From contig CM059431.1 in assembly GCA_030390025.1 (NCBI GenBank), forward strand, positions 106,146,001-106,210,000: a stretch of DNA of 64,000 nucleotides, given 5' to 3'. A model generated the notes under the pieces. It did no database searches and was not told the origin of the DNA. It was given only the letters and a program-made list of their open reading frames with translations. Source of the stretch: Squalus acanthias. Taxonomy: Eukaryota. The position numbers and the translations under genes are program-made. Below, piece by piece: positions 36,583-48,849 of this stretch. Within the stretch, counting starts at the first letter, position 1. Every line of letters starts with the position of its first letter.

Positions 36583-37057
36583 ATCTACGATGACAAAGAG
36601 GGAGGGCGAGCGAGCAGATGCTGGCACTGGCTGCAATATTTTTGTGGAGCCACGAGGAGCACTCTTGCTCATTCTAGGCCTCACAAGAATAAAAGACAAA
36701 GAGGTTTGGGGGCCCCTTTCATGGTTCCCTTGGTGACTGCTGGTTACACCGCTCACCGCCTGGTAGAAATGGGAGGAGTCTGACGCACACTTCGCCCATT
36801 TGTACTTCAAAATTGCAGTTGGGGTCCTACAATGGCATAGGACCACAATTTGCAAATCGGAACAGCACCTCCTGTGTTTCGGGTGGGCATGCTGTGCGAC
36901 CATTTGCATCAGGCGGGTCTTGGGCTGATGTTCCTCTTGCAGCCACCCATTTTCAGGCGCGAATTAGCAGGGCCACAGTTGAACATCACCTCTCACGTAT
37001 CTCAACTGCACGTGCAAGAAAGATTAAAATTTGCAATGTGGTCATGAATTCAGAAAT

Positions 37058-37672
37058 GTAGGAACATCGGTACAGGAGTAGGCCATTCAGCCCCTCGAGT
37101 CTGTTCCGCCATTCAATTAGATCACGGCTGATCTGTATCTTAACGCCATCTACCCGCCTTGGTTCTGTAACCCTCAATACCCTTGCCGCACAAAAATCCA
37201 TCAATCTCAGTTTTGAAATTTTCAATTGACTCCCAGCCTCAACAGCTTTTTGGGGGAGAGAGTTCCAGATTTCCACTACCCTTTGTGTGAAGAAGTGCTT
37301 CCTGACATCACCCCTGAACGGCCTGGCTCTAATTTTAAGGTTACGCCCCCTTATTCTGGACTCCCCCCACCAGAGGAAATAGTTTCTCTCTATCTACCCT
37401 ATCATCTCCTTTAATCATCTTAAACACCTCAATTAGATCATCCCTTGATCTTCTATACTCGAGGGAATACAAGCCTAGTCTATGCAGCCTGTCCTCACAA
37501 TTTAACCCTTTTAGCCCTGGTGTTATTTTGGTGAATCTGCGCTGCACCCGCTCCAAGACCAATAAATCCTTTCTGAGGTGCGGTGCCCAGAACTGAACAC
37601 AGTAATCTAAATGGGGTCTCACCCGAGTGTTATATAAATGTAACCTAACTGCCAACCCCTTTGTATTCCAGT
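37058..37672 (-). mobile_element. CR1 3' fragment
   Basis: VRPHLDYCVQFWAP...EIWNSLPQK. Confidence 0.88.
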
Positions 37673-38869
37673 CCAGGGTGGGAGAACTGATTTCAGTGAG
37701 GAAAGCCTTGTTTTCTGCCTGGATGCAAGGGCTGTGTGGGCCCAGGACGAATCAAGCCTTGTAGCGATGCCAATAGAAGTAGGGTTTATACCGTGGCTGA
37801 CACTCACGGCAGCCACAAGCGCTAGAAAAGGTAAACAAATCATCCTCTGTGGATCTGGCATTTATTGAGGCGATTTGCTTTGAAAATTGCGTCAGCAGCT
37901 GCATGAATAGAACAGACACCTGGCCTAATGTGCCTTTCGTGGAAAGGCTCTGTAGATCTTGACAAGAAAACAACAACATGCGCGTCAGAACATGGATAAA
38001 ACCAGATTGTAACATTTACATTGCCCATGAGAATATTGGGTCCCATGGGCTTCCATTTTCGTTGACATTTGAAAAATCATATCTTCTCGAACGATTACAG
38101 TGCAGAGTAGTGAGGAAGATAAATGAGGAATGAGAGGAGATTCAGTGATTGTGCTGTTGCTTTCATCTTCTGTTGCAGATGTTTGGCCTATCATTTGTTG
38201 CTAATAGGAGACTAAGTGGCATTTCTGGGAGTATAAAGGCCCCTGCGATCGTTAAGCACGTGCCACGTGATGGGTGTCATTGCATGTTGGGCCTCTACAA
38301 TGTGCTGGGTCATTGAATGATAAGATGCAGGTTTATATCCACAGCCCAAACAGAGCAACAATCGCATTTTGCAAATTTAAAATCTTGCACTGTATTATAA
38401 TTTTCAAGAGCTATATTTAGCAACTTAATTTTAATAGAAACTTTTTAAGTAAGGCCTTTTAGTTGGGGGAAATGGGAACACCAAACGTCAACACCATTAG
38501 CAAGCGCACACTTCCACTAAACCGGGAGATAATCTTGGGATCCTCAATACAGCTTCCACCCAAATATCCTTTCAGAGGGCAGTGAGTGGGCACGACTGAT
38601 ATCCAATTGAACAAAGGCAATTGAACAAATCCAGCCCAACAATGCTCAAGCAATACAAACGCTTACAGGGAAACAATTTCTTCCAATCTGTGTGGCGGCT
38701 GCTGACAAAATTCATGGCTGATAAGATTTAATATGCATAGGATGGCGATGGACTGCTTATTATTGGACCAAACAGCCCGCAGCGTTTGCAGCACATGAAC
38801 TACTAATGAAATTAGCTTGTGCGTGTGTGTGTGGTAAAATCACAAAGGAAAATTAATTTCATTATTAAT

Positions 38870-39552
38870 GGGCCGAAATTTGCGGTCGGAGCCTCCAGAG
38901 TACGCCTCCGACTGGAAAAAATATACAAAGGTACCTGCTGGCTCCTGGGCTTCAGAGTCTTCGGGTCCTGGGCCTGCGGGTGTACGCCTGCGTAAAGGCC
39001 CACCGATCCCAGGGACGCGGGCGGTTCGGAAGCGTCCCTGGGATCACGTGGGCTAGGCCACCCAATTAGAAAGGGGGGATTCCCCATAAGCTGATGGGAA
39101 AATCCCCAAATAAATAAATAATAAACACAACTCTAATAAAAATAAATCTGACCATGTTCAAAATTAATTAACAGTCCCTTTAATTAAGCATTTAAAATAA
39201 AAATTTAATGAAAAAAAAATAATTTTAATCCAGGCCAAAATTTACATGAACTAATTTTAAATGTTTTTGTATGTTTTAATAATTTTTTAAATGTTAATTT
39301 AATGTTTATTTTAACCCTTACGCTGGTGAAAGCAGGCCCTGGTGGGCATTAGTTGGGGATATACCCCAACTCTGCACCAGCGAGGGTGTTTATGGGGCGC
39401 GTGCGGACGATCTGTCCAAGCGAAACTTGACAGATCGCACGTTCCGGGTTTTCGCTCGTGCGCAGCGCATGCGGACACCCTGGAACTTGTGGGGCCTTTC
39501 TGAGGACTTGCGACGGCCTACACACCATCATCGGCCCCGCAGGATCCGGGCC
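38870..39552. mobile_element. Harbinger-like MITE family B
   Basis: Termini gggccgaaatttgcgg and ccgcaggatccgggcc; TSD aat; AT-rich centre between GC-rich ends. Confidence 0.75.
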
Positions 39553-39625
39553 AATGTTTTTACAGCCGTTACAGCCAGGCAGGTCAAACTAGGGGTGCTG
39601 CTTTTTCCAAATCTGCTTTCACTGT

Positions 39626-40520
39626 GGGCTGGAATCTGCTGAAAAAAATAACGGCGCGTGAACAACGCACGGCATTGTTAACCTTCAAAATCGGCCAGTA
39701 ACTTGTGGCGAGGAAGAGATACGGCGCGAATTGCGAATCGCCCAAAGTTGCTGGACGATTCGCGTCAGCTTCGCGGAAACGGCCGGTCGCCCACAACCTC
39801 CACGTAAGTTTCATGAAGTTGCTGCATTTGTTTTTAATTCATTCACAGGATGTGGGCGTCGCCGGCAAGGCCAGCATTTATTGCCCATCCCTAGTTGCCC
39901 TCGAGAAGGTGGTGGTGAGCCGCCGTCTTGAACCGCTGCAGTCCGTGTGGTGAAGGTGCTCCCACACTAAATTTGTCATAGCGGTTTGGTACAACTGAGC
40001 GGCTCGCTAGGCCATTTCAGAGGGCAGTTAAAAGTCAGCCACATTGCTGTGGGTCTGGAGTCACACTTCGGCCCAACTGGATGAGGACAGCAGATTTCCT
40101 TCCCTAAAGGACATTAGTGAACCAGTTTTTATGACAATCCGGTAGTTACATAGTCAGTGTTACTGATACTAGCTTTTTATTCCAGATTTATTCAATTAAC
40201 TGAATTTAAATTCCCCAGCTGCCGTGGTGGGATTTGAACTCACGTCTCCAGATCATTAGTCCAGCGCCTCTAGATTACTAGTCCAGCAACATAACCACTA
40301 TGCAACCATTCCTGCATTTGCCCAGTAATTGCCCATTAAACTCGCCACAGAAACGGTTGGTCCCGTCGTTCACCGAGGTCCGCCCTGTTGCCCTCGCCGC
40401 GCCATTATCAGCTCGCACTTCCAGCAACTTTCAGGGCAGGTTCACTTCAATTTTTGAGCTGAAGGGTGCAGGGTAAAGTCTGAATAACAGGGCACTACGC
40501 CAGATGCCGCGCTGTTAGTC
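39626..40520. mobile_element. MITE family C copy interrupted by a SINE
   Basis: Starts gggctggaatctgctg; homologous to the reverse complement of 32030-32247 on both sides of the SINE; right end uncertain. Confidence 0.6.
39831..40311 (-). mobile_element. tRNA-derived SINE (second family) with a LINE-derived tail
   Basis: B box gagttcaaatcc; 9-bp TSD ctgcatttg at 39822-39830 and 40312-40320; tail shared with 46280-46420. Confidence 0.85.
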
Positions 40521-42069
40521 ACACACTTGCATACCGTGGCGAGGGTGAGGTGGGGAATGGAAAATCTCTGCTTTGCAGCAGAATCCTTGGGACCCTTATC
40601 TACCTGAGACAGGTTACACAAAGTGCTGGAAAATTAGATGGATATATTAATACAATGCAATCTGGCTGGCTCACCATTCATGTTCTTTTTACCTGCCAAC
40701 ATTCTCTCTACGCGAGGAAAATGTCCTCTTAGTCACTGCATCAAATCGAACACGCTCATCTCAAAGCTGTGCCAATTTAGCTTCTTGACAGATGCAGTCA
40801 GAGACTTCCTCATTTCAGTGAGTTTATTGGCAAGGTGCAACAAATGGCAACACTCTTCCCCGCAAAAGGAACAAGGCTTGGATCTCAAGATGGTAAAATG
40901 ACTGCGCGCTCTCCCTGGGATCACTCACGGTTAAACTGTTGAATTTCACACGACTGCAAATATTTTTATAGCCCAAGATTACGCATCTTGGGAACAAAGC
41001 AATGCAAAATGTGGGCATTTGGAAAAAAATATAGCTTTCAGACTTGAGATTTTCCAGTGAGATTGTGAGGACTGTGCCAAAACTATGAGACTTGCCAAAA
41101 CTCAGCAAGAGCTGGCACACATACCCTTGGCAAACAAAGGTACGCATGCTACATTGATTAGGTTTTTGTTCAGAAGTGGGGTTAAACTGTGACTGGCAGA
41201 ATTATTACAGATAAATCTCATTAGTGTGCATCAGCAGAGCTACCATTCCCCTTGCGAGGCACGCTGCTCACTTAAGACATGCAGACATTTGGCCATCGCT
41301 CATGTGACGTTCAAAAAAATAGGAAGCATCTCCAGTCCTAAACGCAAAAAAAGTGAGGTTCTGGCTTGTGTGTACTGCCCATTTACAGTGACACAGTGAG
41401 AACTGCTCAAGTCACGCCGTGCAATCCTCAAAACTGCATGCTTGGGGGCGAGGATGCAGTTTGTTGCTTTTTGATTGGCTCACTACAGGAAATGAATTTT
41501 TTCTCGTTTAGATTACGAAATAGGTAGCTGAGCATTTCTCAGTTACAGTGTGAAATAACTTTGATCAATTTTTATCCATCTATGTATGATATAACAGCAA
41601 TATAACTGGGCTAAAAATCTTTAGTCCCCAGCGTGAATTTTTCTCTCCTACCACCGGCATGACCATTTTCAGCAGTGACACCGACAACTTTTGTGTCGCA
41701 GTCCAATTTCTAGGCCATACTTTTGCAATTAAATTACAAAGAATTGCATTACATAGGATATACGGCACAGAAACAGGCCATTTGGCCCAACCAGTCCATT
41801 ATGCTCCACAAGAGGCTCCTCCCGTCTTTCCTCATCTAACTCTATCGGCATAACCCTCTATTCCTTTCTCCCTCATAAACTTGTCTAGCCTCCCCTTAAA
41901 TGCCTCTATACTATTCGCTTCAACCACTCCCTGTGGTAGCGAGTTCCACATTCTCACCATTCTCTGGGTAAAGAAGTTCCTTCTGAATTTCCTATTTGAT
42001 TTCTTGGTGACTATCTTAGATCGATGGCCTCGAGTTCTGCTCTTCCCCACAAGTGGAAACACTCTCTCT

Positions 42070-43840
42070 GGCCGGAATTTTACCAGCGCTCAGAGGGCGG
42101 GTTCGGAGGCAGGTCCGCTGTCAAAATCCAAAAGATTGACAGCGGGTCGGGATCCTGCTCTGAACCCGCCTCCTTGTCAGTTTCCCAAGTGCGGGGTCTG
42201 TCTGCGCTTTGCAGACCCAGCACTAAGCGGCGGGTCAGCCAATTGAGATAGTTAAGAGGGTCTTTAAAGGTAGTTGAACAGCATTTTATCACCTTCTAGC
42301 CATTTTTCCATGAGGTTCCCATCGCTCGGGGGTCACGTCAGGTAAGTCTGTCAGGTTCTCCATGACTCTCCATTGCTGTGAATAGGTGACAGCTGCAAAA
42401 GTGGTATAAAAGCTACCATTTCACAGCTGTTCACTTTCCAATGTCAGAAGCTTCAGCCTTCAGGATTTGGAAGACACTTTTGAGCTGTATGCGGTTTGGA
42501 AGTGTTTGGAGTAAACTCTCTATTCACTGTCACCTCCTTGGAGCAAGCTCTCTCACCATTGACAGATCGCTTCTGTCATCTCAACTTCAGCTACCATCTA
42601 TTCCAGCAGCATCGGTGCCCTTCAAAAAATCTCACCTTGGTCCTCAGAATCCCACCGCGATCAGCCCCAACACCAACATCACCAGGCACACCAGCAGCAC
42701 CAACAACACCACCAACCTTCTCCGCAATCAACTGATGCTGCACAGGACACAGGGCATCAGCACTCGACCACATTGCTGCCCGGGACGCCAGCGATGGCCT
42801 CACCATGGCCAGATTACTTCACTTGATGCTGTACAACCTGCTTGCCGCATGATGCACCAGGTTGGCACCACCCCACACCAGCACCATAAAGCATCGCTAC
42901 AATGCCCAAGTCATTCTTTCACACTTATCACCATTGCGGGGGGTATCCTTATGTCTCACCATTCACTGCAACTCACTAAGCCACTTCCAAAGGGGCACAT
43001 TAATCTGTCCAAGAATGCAAAGTGTTGAAAATAAAGATTTCAATGTTTGACACCACATTACCAGAAACTTCACATGAACATTGGCTAAACCACCCAAGTG
43101 CCTACCCTTGTGTTGTTAGTTGGTATGCTTGCAGTAGGGTGAGTGTGAGGGGTGTCTAGTGAAATGGGGAAGTGATAATGTAGATAGAGAGGGATGGGTG
43201 GAGGTGCAAGATAAGTTGGTGTGAGTAAAGATGTGCAGGAGTAGGGTAGGGAAGGCAGAGTGATGGAGATGTGATGAGTGGGACAGCAGGATGAGGTTGA
43301 GTGTGGCTTTGCAGTAACATTTCATGATCTACTGAGATCATTGAAAAGTTTGCGCCACTGTAGCCAGGTCCTCCTGACAACGTCCCTGCTTGTGCCCTCC
43401 TGTGCAATGTGCAACCAGGCTGCGTTGGTCTCCTTGGGAGGTCTCTTCCGCCCAATGGAAGGGAAGAGAACCTCCCTGCCTGCTGTAACTCCCTCCATTA
43501 GCATATGGAGAGAGTCATGGGAAAGTCTGGGTGCAGCCGTGCACCTTTGTGCAGTGATTGTCAGTGTTTGCAGCACCTCAATGCTGTAGAACACTGACAG
43601 CACAAATGTCAAAATCAATGTGGCCATGGTCCCTTTAAGGAAACCGGCTGATGACGTGTCATCAAATGACGTCATCAAACCCGCTTCCTTTTAATTGGCC
43701 GGGAACCTCGTTGGGTGGGCTTAACAAGCCCAATCAACGTAAAATCACTTGGAGAGTGCGGGCTGGAGCAGGCAGCGGGCTGGGACCGCGACACCGAACC
43801 CGGCCGCCCCGGACCCGCTTCGGTCGTCGAAATTGCGGCC
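42070..43840. mobile_element. Internally deleted PIF/Harbinger DNA transposon
   Basis: Termini ggccggaattt and aaattgcggcc; tct on both flanks; splits a CR1 fragment; carries a Myb/SANT-like remnant. Confidence 0.8.
43322..43540 (-). pseudogene. Myb/SANT-like (MSANTD/trihelix) DNA-binding domain remnant of Harbinger ORF2
   Basis: APRLSHDSLHMLMEGV...REVLFP...AAWLHIAQE...RRTWLQWRKLFNDL matches the PRF..E...L / W..IA / R...Q.RK.FNDL pattern. Confidence 0.75.
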
Positions 43841-44484
43841 TCTCTATCAAAACCTTTCAGAATTTTAAAGACCTCTATTAGGTCACCCACAGCCTTCCTT
43901 TTACAAGAGAAAAGAGACCCAGCCTGTTCATCCTTTCCTGATAGGTAAAACCTCGCATTTCCGGTATCATCCTTGTAAATCTTCTCTGCACCCTCTCCAG
44001 TGCCTCTGTATATTTTTATAATATGGCGGCCAGAATGAACTATTACGTTATTAAAAAAAATTCTGATTTTCCTTCTGGACCGATGGCCATATCAGTCAGT
44101 ATACACTGAAAATGAAGAATTCAGAATCTGATTGGCATTTGGGATAGTCCTGCCAGCATGGGGTTGGTGGGCACAGGCTTGCTGCAGGTAATCCTTCACA
44201 CAATGAGTTCCTGATCTCAGTTGTGCCACTCAGGGAAGGAACCAGGCAGAGGCCAAGTGCCTTCCGCAGGGAGAGGAAGTTGTGGAGAGCCACACTCTGC
44301 TAACGTCACATGTTTCTGTGGGGATAATTCCAGGAGTGGTACTGACAGATTCCTGTGGGCAAGGCGGGTCTCACGGTTGCAGGGGGTGAAAGGCCTGATG
44401 AGAAACAAATAAGGGGGAAGTTGGAAAGTGGATAAAATAGCTCACCCTTTACAACCAAAAAGAAATTCAAGTTCACGAACACAT

Positions 44485-45666
44485 CAGTTATGTGGAAAGA
44501 TTGGAGAAGCCAGGATTGTTCTCCTTAGAGCAGAGAAGATTAAGGGGAGACATAATAGAGGTATTCAAAGTTATGAGGGGTTTTCATAGAGCATGTTTCC
44601 TCTGGCAAGTGGGTCAGTAACCAGAGGTCTTAGAGTTAAAATAATTGGCAAAAGATCTTGGCCCAAAAATTCGTCCATTCCCGGGTGAGTACGCGCTCAG
44701 TACTCACCCATATTACTTCCCGAAGTGCCGGTTTCCTGCATGCACTGCGCATGTGCGGAAAACCGGAACTTCCGGTATGGTGAAGGGGGCGGTTCCTAGA
44801 TGAACCGCGTGCGCGCTAGAGGCTGCGCGCATGCAGCACACTTAGATTTTTTTCAGGTTTCTACGCGAGGGTAAGTATTGAAGATACTACGCTAATGAAA
44901 AGAAAGCGCAAGACCCGTTTTGAACAAGGTAAATGGTTAATTAAGTATAATTTAAAAAAATTTTCAACAGGTTTATCTTTTTTAGATAATTTAAAGAAAG
45001 GTAAGTTTATTTTTATAACTTTTAAAAAGTATTTTAATTTTTTCAAAAATTTAAATTTTTGTTTAAAGTGGTTAATTTATTTAACTATAGTTATTTTATA
45101 AATGTGATGGGTTTTAAAAAAAAAATATTTTAAGTTTAGCTGTTCTTTTGGGGCCGATTTCAATTCACAGATTTGACAGGTCTCCTGTCAAATCTATGAA
45201 TGAAAGATGGTCTGCTGCCATTGGCTCTCCATGGCCCACGTGATCCCAGGGGACGCATCGCACTAACTGCGCCCCTGGGACACGCACGCACTGCGCGCCG
45301 GCAGTTGGGAGAGGCCCAGGACCCGAAGTTCCCGTGGGCCCAAAACACAACGGCAGGCGCGGTAGGTAAGAGCGCGCGCGATCCTTACCCCCGCGGCAAG
45401 CCGGAGAGGCGAATTTCTGGGCCCTAGAGGGGAGATGAGGAGAAATTTCTTCACACAGAGGGTTGTAAAGAGCTGGAATGCAGTACCTGACAGGGTGGTG
45501 GAATCCGATTGCATCGAAACTCTTCAAAGGCAATTGAACATGTACTAATTTGCAGGGTTATGGGGAAAAGCTGGGGTGTGGGATTATATTGGAGAGCTCT
45601 TTCAACGAGCCGGCACAGGCATGACGGGCCGAATGGCCTCCTTCTGTGCATGAAGAGTCTATGATT
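44485..45666 (+). mobile_element. CR1 3' fragment split by a MITE
   Basis: 44485-44659 and 45424-45666 are collinear CR1 sequence. Confidence 0.8.
44660..45423. mobile_element. Harbinger-like MITE inserted in CR1
   Basis: 14-bp TIR ggcccaaaaattcg / cgaatttctgggcc; flanks ctt/cta; removal restores CR1 coding KIIGKRSRGEMRRNFF. Confidence 0.8.
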
Positions 45667-46229
45667 GTAAATTTAAACTCAGCTGAGGATAGCCAGGCCA
45701 GATTAAGATAACTCTTATGAGACAGTGCAACACTCAGGAGACACGATTGCAATAACAATACAGTGGCAACCAATAGCAATGGCATCAGAAGGTTCTTCCT
45801 TCTACACAACCTGCATGGTGACTCTTGAAAGATGCAAAGAACCAGCTAAACAAGCCATTGGCTCTAGCAGCAACTGAAATATTGATCGAACACCAACACT
45901 GATTCTACCTGAATTGTACCAGAGAACTCAGTACAACAGACCAACTGAAGTCCTTGACCTATAGGTTCTTTCAGAAGGCCCCATCTTCCTGCACCTTCCC
46001 AATCCTGTACAGGTCACATAGAAATTACGCACTTCAGTATTGAGTGGTGCAATTAGAAATGAAAGCTCCTGGCTGTGTCATATCTGCCGTGCAATCAAGT
46101 AAAAGGATGATAATGGTGTTGTTGCTGTAATCACACCAGCCTTCATGCCTGCCCAGCAATTTTGTGTTTGTACTTGGCTTCCACTGCAGTTTAGAAGCCA
46201 CTGCAACTGGAAACTAAATTATGCTGATC

Positions 46230-46423
46230 ACGTTCCTTCATCGTCGCTGGGTCAAAATCCTGGAACTCCCTCCCTAACAGCAGTGTGGGAGCACTTTCAC
46301 CACACAGACTGCAGCGGTTCAAGAAGACGGCTCACCTCCACCTTCTCAAGGGCAACTGGGGATGGGGAATAAATGCTGGACTGGCCAGCGACGCCCACAT
46401 CCCAGGAACAAAATTTTAAAAAA
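46230..46423 (+). mobile_element. LINE 3' end
   Basis: Encodes AGSKSWNSLPNS...LQRFKKTAHLHLLKGN; aataaa and an A-rich end. Confidence 0.75.
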
Positions 46424-47459
46424 GTATCTAGCCAAAGCAAATGGCATATTGGTCCACCAGGATATTGAAGAGAATCCCAGTACGCTTCCAACCGATGGAT
46501 TTTTTTTCTTATCTGGAGTTAAAGGGGTTCGTTCCTCAACTGTTTCCCCCCAGCAGATGCTAGGATTTTTTGATATGCTAGGATTTTTTGAGAAAGGAAG
46601 GTTAAAAGCTTTTATTCCGTCTTTTTTCCTTTTGTGCCCTTTTAGTTTTATGTTCAGCCTTTTATTTTATCTCTCCCCTTCTGTTTTTTGTCTCTTGTAT
46701 TTTCAGTCTTTATTTGTCCTCTCTGATGAAGGATCAAGTGCCGGGAGATACATTTAACGAACAATTCTCCGGTTCAAATGATCGGAGTCAAGGCTGGGGC
46801 TGGCAATTATGAGGTAGTGAAGACTCTAGTGAGTAGCTCACAAAGTCTTTCTTATTTATAGGATAAGCACTACATTGAATTACAACTCCAAATATAATTT
46901 TAATAATTAAAATACTATCAGGCTGTGCTAGCCCCCAGTAATCGGCAGTGTAATGAAACCTGCAGTTTAAATCACATGGAACTGCAGCTTTGCAGTAGAA
47001 ATCAAATGATTGAATCAAAAAAGCCTGCAGCCATTATCCAGCAGGATAGCAAGACGTAAACTTGCAAAATATCACCTCATGCACTGCACCCCCTGGATGC
47101 ATTATATAGAATAATCTTATAAGAGTATCATGTGGAACAATCCCTGTATCAAGATACAGATCAGTCATGATCTAATTGAATGGCAGAACAGGCTCAAGGG
47201 GCTGAATGGCCTCCTCCTGTTCCTATGTTCCAATATAATAACAGTATTTGAGACAGCATACAAGACAACAGTATTTTTTATATATATAAATGACCTATAT
47301 CTACAAACTGTTTGCCTCCATAACAACAATCCATGAACTTCAAAGCAACAAATTGAGTCCATTGATTTGATGTCACAAAACACTATATAAATGTAAACGG
47401 TATTTCTTTGCTGAGTGACTACTACCAACGAACCGGAAACTACCAGAAGGTGCCGGAAG

Positions 47460-47712
47460 CTGTTATAAATGTTAACGTTAACCAATTGAACTTTTAATTT
47501 TTATTTTCTTCAGTTCGGCAGCAGCGATCTCTTCCCCCGCCCCACCTTTCTTTGTCGGCTCAGTGCGGCAGCGCATAAATGTTAATTCAACTTTTGATTT
47601 CGATTTTCTTCTCCTGACGCTCAGTTCGGCAGCAGCGATCAAACTTTTAATTTTTATTTTCTTCAGTTCGGCGGCAGCGATCTCTTTCCCCCCCCCCCCT
47701 CCCCTCCCCTCC
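47460..47712. repeat. Mosaic tandem duplications of cagttcggcagcagcgatc
   Basis: Motif at about 47511, 47561, 47622 and 47664; aacttttaatttttattttcttcagttcggc occurs twice. Confidence 0.7.
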
Positions 47713-47756
47713 TTTCACTCTCACCAAACTCTGTGGGAAGGCCGGCGAGAACAGAG

Positions 47757-47900
47757 GTCGATCGATTTTTGAATATTAAGGGAATCAAGGGCTATGGGGA
47801 TAGTGCGGGAAGGTGGAGTTGAGGTTGAAGATCAGCCATGAACTCATTGAATGGCGGAGCAGGCTCGAGGGGCCGAATCCTGCTCCTATTTCTTATGATC
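47757..47900 (+). mobile_element. CR1 3' fragment
   Basis: 3' UTR motif; similar short pieces at 5588-5680, 47150-47230 and 51570-51640. Confidence 0.75.
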
Positions 47901-48093
47901 TTAAAAACACAATGGAACTGCGTGAGCGCAACTACTTTGTTTCGTTGGCAGCATTCCCGTCCTCATTCTCAACGATCGCTAACTTGTGTTTCAAGAATTT
48001 AACTTGAGCTCAACACTCACTCTCAAGCTCTGTTGAATGACCTCAATACCCGTGATGTGACACCACATATTCTAGCCTCATGTATATAAAATA

Positions 48094-48381
48094 TGATGTG
48101 GAGATGCCGGTGTTGGACTGGGGTGGACAAATGTGAGAAGTCGCACAACACCAGGTTATAGTCCAACAGCTTTATTTGAAATCACAAGCTTTCGGAGCGC
48201 TGCTCCTTCGTCATTGAAGTGAAGAGATGCATATAGGCACAGCATATATAGTCAGAGAACACTATATATGCTGTGCCTATATGCATCTCTTCACTTCACC
48301 TGATGAAGGAGCAGCGCTCCGAAAGCTTGTGATTTCAAATAAAGCTGTTGGACTATAACCTGGTGTTGTGCGACTTCTCAC
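48094..48381 (+). mobile_element. Non-coding fold-back Penelope-like derivative
   Basis: 39-nt tail, then arms 48133-48252 and 48261-48381 with an 8-nt loop. 12-bp TSD gtatataaaata at 48082-48093 and 48382-48393. Homologous to the ends of the 26.7-kb element. Confidence 0.92.
48296..48332 (+). ncRNA. Minimal hammerhead ribozyme
   Basis: tcac-CTGATGA-a-ggagc/agc/gctcc-GAAA-gc-TT-gtga. The inverted copy in the left arm has a damaged core (ttcaATGACGA on the minus strand). Confidence 0.85.
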
Positions 48382-48426
48382 GTATATAAAATAAGTAAGG
48401 CACTATTTAGCAAACCTTTCAACTTG

Positions 48427-48849
48427 GGTGTCAGCCTTGGCTCAGCGGTAGCCCTCTCACCTTTGAGTTCTAAAGGTTGTGGGGTTCAATCCCTACTCAA
48501 GAGGCTTGAGCACATAATCCAGACTAACACTCCCGTGCGGTACTGAGGTAGCGCTGTGCTGTTGGAGGTGCCATCCTTCAGATGAGACATTAACCTGAGG
48601 CCCTGGTCTTCCACCTTAGGTGGACTTTAAAGATATCTTGCTAATTTTCGAATAAAAACAGGGATGTTTAACCGGTTTCCTGGCTAACATTTATCCTGCA
48701 ACCAACATCCCTAAACAAGTAGATCATCTGATCATTATCGCGTTGCTGCCTGTGGGACCTTGCTGTGCGCAAATTGGTTGTCGCGTTTCCTACATTACAA
48801 TAGTGACTACACTTCAAAGTACTTAATTGGTTGTAAAGCGCTATTGGGA
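48427..48849 (+). mobile_element. Deu-domain SINE, tail interrupted by CR1
   Basis: Same family; the tail appears to resume at about 50825-50862 (gtcgtgaaaggtattatataaatgca). Confidence 0.8.

Larger units (their letters stand above)
41745..44035 (-). mobile_element. CR1 3' fragment split by the Harbinger element
   Basis: 41745-42069 (FPLVGKSRTRGH) continues at 43841-44035 (GDLIEVFKILKGFDR). Confidence 0.85.

Noticed and set aside
42441..43028. 195-aa ORF within the Harbinger element as a transposase
   Set aside because: No DDE motifs; low-complexity translation.
46724..46760. ctgatgaagg hammerhead-like start
   Set aside because: No convincing helix II or GAAA; at most a decayed relic.
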